DNA of 44,838 bases, from positions 1-44,838 of the forward strand of contig CAMTVO010000038.1 in the NCBI GenBank assembly GCA_947085205.1, written 5' to 3'. Below, piece by piece: positions 36,842-44,838 of this stretch. The number at the start of each line of letters is the position of its first letter. Within the stretch, counting starts at the first letter, position 1. Under the pieces are notes generated by a model. That model saw only the letters and a program-made list of their open reading frames with translations, did no database searches and was not told where the DNA came from. The translations under genes and the position numbers were made by a program. Source of the stretch: an uncultured Nitrospiraceae bacterium. GTDB lineage: Bacteria; Nitrospirota; Thermodesulfovibrionia; Thermodesulfovibrionales; Dissulfurispiraceae.

Positions 36842-38119
36842 ATGCGAACATTAAAAGTTGTATTGTTGTTGCTTGTCGTTGTATTGCCGTTCAGCATATT
36901 TGCAATGCAGCATGAGAAAACGGGCTCGCCAAAGGCAAAGACCATTGACGAACTTGCAAAGATGTATGATGTATCGGAATGCAAGAAGTGCCATGCAAAG
37001 GAGTACGATGAATGGTATAAATCTCTCCACGCAAGACCTCTTATAGGCACGCCCCGCACAATGGCCACTATGAGGACGGCTATTTTAGATGGTCTAATGA
37101 AAGAGCAGAAGTTTTCAGGAGTGAAAAAAATAGAGGATATTGAGGTAAAGCATCTCATGCAGTGTCTTAAATGCCATCTGCCGCAGATAGAGGACGCAAC
37201 AGATGATGTTGCAAAACAGATTGCAAAGGCAGTTATAGACGGCGACACGAAAACCCTTGAGAAGGTTAGCATTAACTGTCTCATTTGCCACAACAAGAAG
37301 GCTATTATCCACAAGTGGCACGATGGAGAGCCTGAAAAGAATGTAATTTATGGTAAAAAGGACGGCTTCCATCCGTATGACAAGTTCCCAATCCATAAAA
37401 ATAGCCCGATTATGCAGGAGGCTGTAATGTGCGGTCAGTGTCATGGACTCGGTGCGAACTTTGATCAGCCGAACCCGTCACAGTGCGCTACACTTTACGG
37501 AAGCTACTTACATTCATATGTTCCTTCTGGAGGCACAGAGACCTGCCAGGACTGCCATATGCATAAATTTGGAAAGGGACATCATATGTCTTCATACAGA
37601 GACCCTGAGGTGGGCAAACGTGCAGTGGATATGGTTGTTGAGGCGCCGGCATATCAGTTCCTTCCGAGGGCAGGGGATTGGCATCCAACAACAGTGCTTA
37701 CTGTTAAACTCACTAATAAAGCAGGGCATAGAATCCCTGACGGCTGACCATCTCCAAACAGGCTGGTCATGGATGTGACCGCTAAAACACTGGATGGTAA
37801 AGAGGTATTTAAGGCTCAAAAGATATACATGCCTCAGTCCACTTCAAGCCGTGGAGAAGATAAAATGGTCTATGGGCCGTTCAGAAAGGTCGGAATGTTC
37901 CGAGACACAAGTCTCCAGCCAAATCAGACAAAGGTCGAGACCTTTGAAATTGTGATTCCGTTTGTAGATATAGAGAAGGAAGGAAAGAAGGTGAGGGAGT
38001 TCCCGAAAGAGATAAACATTGATGTGGAACTCTGGTATCTGCCTGCCGGAGCAAAGGGTGAGGTAGGAAAAGACCAATTCCTATTCAACAAAACAACAAA
38101 GAAGGTTACATTTAAGTAA
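36842..38119 (+). CDS. Five-heme cytochrome c selenoprotein (ExtKL/MCSep-like), 425 aa, predicted Sec302
   Basis: Signal peptide; CKKCH, CLKCH, CLICH, CGQCH, CQDCH. TGA at 37745 in NKAGHRIPDG-U-PSPNR reads through in frame into track ORF 37769..38119. Confidence 0.9.
37765..37780 (+). promoter_or_regulatory. Candidate SECIS for the cytochrome Sec
   Basis: GGTCAT-GGAT-GTGACC stem-loop 17 nt after the TGA. Confidence 0.65.
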
Positions 38120-38137
38120 AAAATTAAAACCCCCAAC

Positions 38138-38168
38138 ATAAGTCGGCCTGATTTTCAGGCCGACTTAT
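38138..38168. terminator. Probable bidirectional terminator
   Basis: Perfect 14-bp stem ATAAGTCGGCCTGA-TTT-TCAGGCCGACTTAT between convergent genes. Confidence 0.85.
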
Positions 38169-38206
38169 TCTTTTCAATAATCAGGCTTCAACAATCAGGA
38201 TTGACA

Positions 38207-38911
38207 TTAAACTATATATGTTACCCTCGGCTTTGTTCCGAGCAGCTCTTTATATTTAAACGCAGTCAAACTTGTATTTACCTTTGTTATGAGGCTTTCC
38301 GGATCAGAGAGGTCTCCAAAATAGGTGGCATGACCGACGCATGTTGTAACACACCTCGGCAGTATTCCCTTTTCAATCCTGTGTATGCAGAAGTGACACT
38401 TCCTTGCATTCCCTATGGGGGATTTAAAGTGCGATGTCCTCGCCCATGATTTACCGTATTCTTCATTGGCCTCAGTTTCATAGGTCTCGCCTTTGAATCT
38501 TCCCGTGTAGTAAAGGCCTGAATCTGTTGATCTTGCTGCATATGGGCAGGCAACGAGGCAATAACGGCAGCCGACACATTTTTTGTAGTCAATCACCACT
38601 ATTCCGTCTTCCCTCGTATAAGTTGCCTTAACAGGGCAAACAGTGGTACATGGTGGGTTTTCACACTGCATACATGGCCTTGGTAAAAACCTGACGGTTA
38701 CATTAGGGAATTCTCCCACCTCTTCTTCTGCTACTGGACGGTACTGAATATCAGGAGGTGAGAGGTTCTCTGACATGCATCCTGTTGTGCAGGCATGGCA
38801 GCCAATGCACCTCTTTAGATCAATTGTCATTCCCCACTTTCTCTTATGCATCGGCTTCTGAAGAGCCCTTTTTAAGTCTTCTGTCATTATATTAAGGATG
38901 TCTCTCTCCAT
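38207..38911 (-). CDS. 4Fe-4S dicluster electron-transfer subunit (PsrB/NrfC-like)
   Basis: CIGCHACTTGC, CMQCENPPCTTVCP, CVGCRYCLVACPY and KCHFC motifs. Confidence 0.92.
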   Translation of the reverse strand: MERDILNIMTEDLKRALQKPMHKRKWGMTIDLKRCIGCHACTTGCMSENLSPPDIQYRPVAEEEVGEFPNVTVRFLPRPCMQCENPPCTTVCPVKATYTREDGIVVIDYKKCVGCRYCLVACPYAARSTDSGLYYTGRFKGETYETEANEEYGKSWARTSHFKSPIGNARKCHFCIHRIEKGILPRCVTTCVGHATYFGDLSDPESLITKVNTSLTAFKYKELLGTKPRVTYIV

Positions 38912-40062
38912 TATTTCACCCCCTCTTTAACTTCTAAAAATCCGAGTTTGTCAGCAAGTAAATATACAAATATGGCAAAGGAAGCAGCAGCTGTGAAGAT
39001 AAATATCTCTACATGAGAAGGGGTGTGAGAGATGATTTCTGGAATATCATATGCCCTGAACAAGGGCATCTTAAATCCGCTGATTACAAGGTCAAGCCTT
39101 GTTTTAAGCTGAACAGCTATAATAAATAGTCCTGTAATGATCAAACTATTTGGGCCTTTTAAGTATAGCATTATTATAAAAGGCAATACGGCAGCTAAAA
39201 AAAGCCCTACTATAATCTGATTCCAAATGGTTAGTTCAAATATATGTGAGCCCTCAGCCTGTCCATAGATGCCTATGAGCAGTCTCCAGAGCGTCAACAA
39301 AAAGGCGAGTCCAAGTCCGATTCCCATGAAATTTCTCATAGGTTTAAGCAGGGCGCCATCATTAGCCGGTGATTGTTTGACCGATATCGCAGCTACAATA
39401 GCAACGACGGCGCTGCCTGTGAGGAATGCAATGATAAGAAAATAGATTGGAAACAAGGCGCTATAATAATAGAATCTCTGTTCTATTGCGCCAAATAATG
39501 CCCCGAGAGTGCTGTGGGTTATGATAGCTGCTATGAATGCAGTCCACATTAACCCTTTTGAATGCTTATTTCGCTTTATGTTGATAAACTCAACGGCAAT
39601 GACTATCACATAGATGGTGTAGAATACTGCCATCCACCACATTGCAGATGTGGGGTTAGGGGATAGCAGCCAGTTGTAAAGCCTCTCTACATGACCGAGT
39701 TCTGTTGAGAGGGCGCCCATACCTGCAATGGCTGTAAAGATTCCCATGAAAAGAACCCTCGCTGATATTGGCTTATATTCCTTTTCATAGAATATGTATC
39801 CAAAGAAGTTCACGAATGTGCACCCAGTACTTATAAGAACAAGGTAAACATATGTTGCAATTTGTAATCCCCATGGCACCTGACTATTGGTATTGGTGGT
39901 GTATCCATGTCCTTCTATAACTATTCTTGCAACTGCATAAATGCCGAGGATGATGCCAATGATGGAGAGGTATATTAATGTCCCGCCTTTGCCTTTTAAG
40001 ATGTCATTAATCGCTTCTTTAAATCTTTCTTTTTCGGGTATTTCTATTCCATATATGTTCAT
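38911..40062 (-). CDS. NrfD/PsrC family membrane anchor
   Basis: VPWGLQIATY, ELGHVER and SPNPTSAMWW motifs; about 10 TM helices. Confidence 0.9.
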   Translation of the reverse strand: MNIYGIEIPEKERFKEAINDILKGKGGTLIYLSIIGIILGIYAVARIVIEGHGYTTNTNSQVPWGLQIATYVYLVLISTGCTFVNFFGYIFYEKEYKPISARVLFMGIFTAIAGMGALSTELGHVERLYNWLLSPNPTSAMWWMAVFYTIYVIVIAVEFINIKRNKHSKGLMWTAFIAAIITHSTLGALFGAIEQRFYYYSALFPIYFLIIAFLTGSAVVAIVAAISVKQSPANDGALLKPMRNFMGIGLGLAFLLTLWRLLIGIYGQAEGSHIFELTIWNQIIVGLFLAAVLPFIIMLYLKGPNSLIITGLFIIAVQLKTRLDLVISGFKMPLFRAYDIPEIISHTPSHVEIFIFTAAASFAIFVYLLADKLGFLEVKEGVK

Positions 40063-40064
40063 AG

Positions 40065-42242
40065 TTATGCCTCCTTAACGATTTTCACAAAGTTTACTCT
40101 CATGCCAGTGCCGCCCATAATGGGATCAACAGCGTATTTAGTTACTAATTCCTCATCTGCAATACCCTTCTTATATGCCCTTTTCAGTTCCTTTGCCAAA
40201 ACACCAAAACCGTGGTACATATAGACACAATCTTCCCTCAACCGTTCTGTAACCTTTACCTTTATCTTTGTGGGGGGCTTAACACCATCCTGGTTTACGA
40301 GGGCGACATATTCTCCATTCTTAAGCTTCAGTTCCTTTGCCTTTTTAGAATTTATCCAGAGTTCGTTTTCCGGCACAAGGTCTGTTAGCTGGAAGTTGTT
40401 TGTAGTCCTTGAGAATGTATGAAGTGGTGTCCTTCCAAAGAGGAGCCTGAAGTAGCCCTGAGGCGGCTCAGGATGTTTTGTGTATTTTGGAACAGCATCG
40501 AATCCTTCCTCTGCCAGTTGTTTTGAATAGAGTTCGATTTTGCCCGAAGGCGTATCAAAAGTGGGCGGATTGTCTTTTGTGAAATAGGGCATTGATTTTT
40601 CAGGGAAGTTTATAACCCCTTTTGTCTTTAGTTCTTCAAAGCTTATTCCTGCTGCATCACACCTTGCTTTGAGATATTCCTCAACATCGTTCCATGGGAA
40701 GTATGCCTCAAGACCCATTTTCTTGCTGAGTTCTCTTGTTATCCACCATGAGGGTTTGCTCTCAAAAAGCGGCTTTACCGCAGGTTGCCGGAGTGTGATG
40801 CCAAACATCTTCATTTTATCCATCCCAAGGTCATCATACCTTTCTAAATAAGTGCATTCAGGTAATACGACATCGGCCCAGTCAACGATCTCCATGGGGA
40901 TTGTATCAATTACTACCATCAGGTCAAGATTCTTTATGGCATCAACGGTCTCTTTGATGTTTGGTAAGGTCTTGATAAGGTTGCTACCGTATACAAACCA
41001 CCCCTTTGAGGGATAAGGTTCGCCTGTGATGGCAGCCTTTCTGAGGGCTGTGGTCGTTGGTAATAATGCAAATGGATAGCCTGTAAGTGGCGGCTTTGCA
41101 TCAGGATATGGTGGAAGTCCAGGATATTTTGGTAAAGAACCACTTGCAGGTAAGAAAAAACCGCCCTTTCTTCCCCATGAACCCATAAGGGCATTCAGTA
41201 TGGCTATTGCTCTTGACCTCTGAGTATCGTCACCGTACCAGACAGAAAATCTACCGCCTGATATGCACACATTAGGCTTATGCCTTGCCATCTCTCTGGC
41301 AATCTCTACAATTGTTTCAGATGGGATTTGTGTCTCAGCAGATGCCCATTCCGGGGTATAGTCTTTGACCGCTTCCCGTAGTTCTTTTAATCCTATAGCA
41401 TATTTTGTTATATATTCTTTATCGTATAGTTCTTCGTCTAATACCACCTTAATCCATGCGAGGATGACGGCGAGATCAGTTGCAGGTTTCACAGGCAGCC
41501 ACCAATCTGCCTTGCTCGCTATGTTGGAGAGTCTTGGGTCGAGGACAACCAGTTTTGCACCTTTTGAAAGGCCGAGGACTATGTCCTGGACCTGGCTATT
41601 ATGGGCATTTTCACCGAGGTGTGAACCAAATAGGACTATGAAACGGCTCTCGCTGAAGTCATAAATCTCGGGAGTTCCCACATCAGAACCAAAGGTTAGA
41701 TAAAATCCCATATCCCTTGCGCCTCTACAGTTTGCGTAAGATGGTGCAAGCGAGTTCTTACTTCCATAAGCCTCCAAGAGATGCTTCCACCAGCTTCCAC
41801 CTGTGCCATGGGAAACAAGGGCTATGGACTCAGGGCCATGCTTTTCTTTTATCATTTTCATTTTTTCTGCTATATAGTTGAAGGCTTCGTCCCAGCTCAC
41901 CTTTTTCCATTTAGGCTCACCCCTTTTGCCTGTATTCAGCATTGGATATTTAAGCCTGTCAGGGTCATAAAGGGAACCGAGACCTGCATTGCCTCTTCCG
42001 CAGAGCCTCCCTCTCCCCCTCTGGCTTGAAGGGTTACCTTCAAGCTTTACCACTTTTCCGTTTACTACCTTTGCGATGGCATTACAATTCCAGAAACAGA
42101 TCTCGCAAGATGTCGGGACATAAGCAGCTAATTGTTGAGGCTTGTCACCCATTGCCATAACGGACTTGAAAACGGGAATGCTGGATGCGCCAGCAGCGGC
42201 AACGGCTGAATACTTCAGAAAATCACGGCGGGTCAGACTCAT
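40065..42242 (-). CDS. Tat-exported molybdopterin oxidoreductase, polysulfide/thiosulfate reductase (PsrA/PhsA) type
   Basis: SD GAGGAGG then MSLTRRDFLK (Tat); CEICFWNC...C FS0 cluster; APSYANCRG candidate Cys Mo ligand; ADVVLPECTYLER. Confidence 0.88.
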   Translation of the reverse strand: MSLTRRDFLKYSAVAAAGASSIPVFKSVMAMGDKPQQLAAYVPTSCEICFWNCNAIAKVVNGKVVKLEGNPSSQRGRGRLCGRGNAGLGSLYDPDRLKYPMLNTGKRGEPKWKKVSWDEAFNYIAEKMKMIKEKHGPESIALVSHGTGGSWWKHLLEAYGSKNSLAPSYANCRGARDMGFYLTFGSDVGTPEIYDFSESRFIVLFGSHLGENAHNSQVQDIVLGLSKGAKLVVLDPRLSNIASKADWWLPVKPATDLAVILAWIKVVLDEELYDKEYITKYAIGLKELREAVKDYTPEWASAETQIPSETIVEIAREMARHKPNVCISGGRFSVWYGDDTQRSRAIAILNALMGSWGRKGGFFLPASGSLPKYPGLPPYPDAKPPLTGYPFALLPTTTALRKAAITGEPYPSKGWFVYGSNLIKTLPNIKETVDAIKNLDLMVVIDTIPMEIVDWADVVLPECTYLERYDDLGMDKMKMFGITLRQPAVKPLFESKPSWWITRELSKKMGLEAYFPWNDVEEYLKARCDAAGISFEELKTKGVINFPEKSMPYFTKDNPPTFDTPSGKIELYSKQLAEEGFDAVPKYTKHPEPPQGYFRLLFGRTPLHTFSRTTNNFQLTDLVPENELWINSKKAKELKLKNGEYVALVNQDGVKPPTKIKVKVTERLREDCVYMYHGFGVLAKELKRAYKKGIADEELVTKYAVDPIMGGTGMRVNFVKIVKEA

Positions 42243-42305
42243 ATCTTCCTCCTCTGTAACATGCAATGAACAGCTTCAAAAATTTTAATTTTATATAACT
42301 TCATA

Positions 42306-42355
42306 ATTATAAAAATCAGATACGATATTATAAAAATCAAATACGGTAAAGTCAA
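42306..42355 (-). promoter_or_regulatory. sigma70 promoter of the psr-like operon overlapped by a 19-bp direct repeat
   Basis: Minus strand TTGACT-N17-TATAAT (42355-42327); ATTATAAAAATCA(G/A)ATACG at 42306 and 42327. Confidence 0.7.
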
Positions 42356-42358
42356 AGT

Positions 42359-43192
42359 CTAATCATAATTATTAGGTAATCTGTCTTGTGACGCTGAACA
42401 TATGCAATCTGTAAGCCTCGCAAATTCTTCGATGCTCAATGTCTCTGCCCTTCTGCGAGGGTCGATCCCTGCAAGGAGTAATATTTCTTTAATCCCCCCT
42501 TGCCCCCCTTTAGTAAAGGGGGGGAGGGGGGATTTTATAATTGGTTTTAAAGAGTTTGCGAGCGTTTTCCTCCGCTGTGCGAAAGAAGTCCTGACTATTC
42601 TGAAAAATAATTTCTCATCTGCCACTATTACCCTCGGCTTTTCAAGCATCCCTATATGTATTACAGCAGAATCTACTTTCGGCACAGGTCTGAATGCGCC
42701 TTTGGGGATGACGAATTTCAATTCCGGCTTGCCGTAATACTGAACGGCAATCGAGAGAACGCCGTATTCTTTTGTATCAGGTTTTGCGGCAATTCGTTGA
42801 GCGACTTCCTTCTGTATCGTCAGAGTCATGGATTTCAGATTTTTGCGGGCATCAAGGAGTCTGAAAATAATAGGCGTGGTTATGTAATATGGAATGTTTG
42901 CAACCACTTTGAACGGTTCAAGTTCTTCATATGGATATTTGAGCGCATCGCCGTGAATAAGCTCTATATTTTTGAATCCCTTTAACTCCTCTTTCAATCT
43001 CTCATAAAGCTTGTAATCAAGCTCTATGGCGATTACCTTTTTTGCCGCACCGGCAAGTATTTTTGTAAGAGTGCCCGGTCCCGGGCCGATTTCGACAACC
43101 GTGTCGTCATGAGTTATGCCGGAAGCTTCAACAATCCTGTACAAAATTGACGGGTCAAAGAGAAAATTTTGTCCGAGGTGTTTTTTAGGCAT
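42359..43192 (-). CDS. rsmA: 16S rRNA m6,2A dimethyltransferase
   Basis: KKHLGQNFL, EIGPGPG, VANIPYYITTP and QRRKTL motifs. Confidence 0.97.
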   Translation of the reverse strand: MPKKHLGQNFLFDPSILYRIVEASGITHDDTVVEIGPGPGTLTKILAGAAKKVIAIELDYKLYERLKEELKGFKNIELIHGDALKYPYEELEPFKVVANIPYYITTPIIFRLLDARKNLKSMTLTIQKEVAQRIAAKPDTKEYGVLSIAVQYYGKPELKFVIPKGAFRPVPKVDSAVIHIGMLEKPRVIVADEKLFFRIVRTSFAQRRKTLANSLKPIIKSPLPPFTKGGQGGIKEILLLAGIDPRRRAETLSIEEFARLTDCICSASQDRLPNNYD

Positions 43193-43240
43193 GGGATTAT
43201 AATACTACAAATATGCCGCGATTTATGCTATTTTTAAAGC

Positions 43241-43657
43241 ATGATACGATTTAAGCAAATTCCCAAAGACATTCATTCGAGAATCGGTCATTTGACCGGG
43301 TTTTTATCGAATAATCACAATATTATTTTTGCCTATATCTTCGGAGGGCTGGCAAAACATAAGCCAAATCCTTTAAGCGATGTTGACATTGCAGTGTATG
43401 TGAAAGATTCCAAGAGATTGAATTATCTCAAGCTGTTTTCGGAAATTACAGACATTCTCGGCACTGACGAAGTTGACCTCGTGATTCTGAATGACGCATC
43501 TACCAGCCTCACAGGCAGGATTTTGCAAAGCAAAAAAGTCCTTGTCGACAAACAGCCATTTCTGAGGCATCAATACGAATCCCTTACTCTTAGAAAGTTT
43601 TTTGACTTTGCAGTAAAAGAAAGGGATATTCTGCAAAGGAGGTATGGGATTGGTTGA
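43241..43657 (+). CDS. Minimal nucleotidyltransferase (MntA-type antitoxin)
   Basis: FAYIFGG-X10-DVD and VDLVILN motifs; overlaps the HEPN gene. Confidence 0.88.
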   Translation: MIRFKQIPKDIHSRIGHLTGFLSNNHNIIFAYIFGGLAKHKPNPLSDVDIAVYVKDSKRLNYLKLFSEITDILGTDEVDLVILNDASTSLTGRILQSKKVLVDKQPFLRHQYESLTLRKFFDFAVKERDILQRRYGIG

Positions 43658-44069
43658 TAAGCTTTTGACAGGAAGAAAACTTGCCCAACTTGACACTTAC
43701 CTTCAGCAGATTAAAGAGTTTTCAAGAATTTCTGCCGCTGCATACAAAAATGACTGGAAAACACAGAGAATTGTCGAGAGAACGTTGCAGATGTTAATCG
43801 AGACCTGCATTGACATCGCAAATCATATAATCTCCGATGCGGCGATGAGGACACCGACAGGCTATGCAGATACATTCGCCGTATTGATGGAGAACAGGAT
43901 AATAGGCAAAAATTTGTTTAAGACGATGGAGAAAATAACAAAATTCAGAAATGTGGTCGTCCATCAATATGAGAAGATAGATCCCGCGATAGTGGTTTCA
44001 ATTCTGCATAAGAATTTGAGCGATTTTGAGAAGTATAAAAAGGCGATAGTAAAGTATTTGACTTTGTGA
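43644..44069 (+). CDS. DUF86/HEPN RNase (HepT-type toxin)
   Basis: ERTLQMLIE...DIANH and RX4HXY motif RNVVVHQY. Confidence 0.9.
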   Translation: MGLVDKLLTGRKLAQLDTYLQQIKEFSRISAAAYKNDWKTQRIVERTLQMLIETCIDIANHIISDAAMRTPTGYADTFAVLMENRIIGKNLFKTMEKITKFRNVVVHQYEKIDPAIVVSILHKNLSDFEKYKKAIVKYLTL

Positions 44070-44123
44070 CTAATCGTCCGTAATTGATCACGGTTTAAAA
44101 TTATTCCGGAGGGGGAATAATCT

Positions 44124-44838
44124 ATGAGGGTCAAAGTAACATTCAAAGCCGACAAACTTCCAATCCTTTACAGGCACAGGTTTATGGCGCTGATAAAGGA
44201 GGCGCTGGCCCTTTCGGATACCGTCTATAAAGAAAGCCTCTATCCCGATAGAAATTCCGAAAAATCAAAAATACCAAAACCATTCTGCTTCAGCGTATCC
44301 ATGCCTTCGGGCAGGACAACTAAAAAAGAAAGAATTATTATTGACGAGGGCGTGGAGATCGAAGATACAGTCTTTCATTTCCCTCAAAACAGCAGCCTCT
44401 CTTTTTATATAAGCTCCTCGGAATATCAGTTTATGGTATGCCTGTATAACGGCCTGCTTGAAATGAAATCCTTCCCATTCGGAAATAACATAAACCTCAG
44501 GCTTGAGAGGGTATTCATGCTGAATGAGAAAAATATTGATCAAGATGAGGTTGTCTTCAAAACCGATGTGCCTATTTTGATTGAGGATAAAGATGGCAGG
44601 CCTGTTCTGTCATTAGCCGATAACCTTCAGGCCTTTAATGAGCATTTTAATGCCATCCACGACAGGATTTTAAAAGACATCAGAGGCACAGGATTGACAA
44701 GGGCGCTTGAATTTATTCCTATAGATATTAAGAAACAGGTTGTAAAACATACATTAAGCGGCTTCAGGGAAAAGACCGGCAAGCCCTATATGATGCTTAC
44801 CTGTTTCGCCGGCTGTTTCAAACTCAAAGGCGAACCGA
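44124..44838 (+). CDS. cas6: CRISPR-associated endoribonuclease Cas6, truncated by the window end (absent from the ORF track)
   Basis: SD GGAGGGGG. Open frame to the end: MRVKVTF...LPILYRHRFMALIKEAL...KPFCFSV...FYISS...LYNGLL...FKT..PILI...GCFKLKGEP, typical Cas6 pattern. The G-rich loop lies beyond the window. Confidence 0.85.
   Translation, partial: MRVKVTFKADKLPILYRHRFMALIKEALALSDTVYKESLYPDRNSEKSKIPKPFCFSVSMPSGRTTKKERIIIDEGVEIEDTVFHFPQNSSLSFYISSSEYQFMVCLYNGLLEMKSFPFGNNINLRLERVFMLNEKNIDQDEVVFKTDVPILIEDKDGRPVLSLADNLQAFNEHFNAIHDRILKDIRGTGLTRALEFIPIDIKKQVVKHTLSGFREKTGKPYMMLTCFAGCFKLKGEP

Noticed and set aside
33910..37747. Pseudogene interpretation of the three in-frame TGA codons, or genome-wide TGA reassignment
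   Set aside because: The YeeE TGAs fall on conserved Cys positions, the cytochrome TGA matches a known Sec motif, and all three have downstream hairpins; TGA is a normal stop in lolC, lolD and pheT, and Trp is TGG
44070..44838. CRISPR array near cas6
   Set aside because: No regularly spaced 25-40 bp repeats in the window; the 7/8-mer repeats have no spacers

Overview
Bacterial chromosomal window. Gene content and protein style suggest a sulfur-cycling anaerobe, probably Nitrospirota/Thermodesulfovibrionia or Desulfobacterota-like (inference). Five blocks: (1) 1-1.05 kb, nested IS remnants (rve integrase fragment, a REP-containing MITE, a mini-ISL3, an IS21 istA fragment). (2) 1.1-12.7 kb, housekeeping genes lysS-lolC/E-lolD-thrS-infC(ATA start)-rpmI-rplT-pheS-pheT-ilvA, several carrying in-frame heptamer-repeat or palindrome inserts. 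(3) 12.7-32.9 kb, a large GntR-headed signalling/transport system: 2 TauE, 3 USP, 2 histidine kinases, a degenerate kinase, 4 stand-alone receivers, a PEP-synthase-like enzyme, a CBS protein, an SLC13 permease, an LCIB/theta-type carbonic anhydrase and an antiporter. (4) 33-42.3 kb, a selenoprotein-based sulfur/chalcogen module that the ORF track splits at in-frame TGA codons: DsrEFH-like trio, YeeE/YedE with two predicted selenocysteines, a sigma54-driven ExtJ-like protein ending in GC, a five-heme cytochrome c selenoprotein (ExtKL-like), and a convergent polysulfide/thiosulfate reductase-type molybdoenzyme operon. (5) rsmA, an MNT-HEPN toxin-antitoxin pair and the start of cas6. No rRNA, tRNA or CRISPR array was seen. 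All family calls come from motif recognition by eye, not from database searches.
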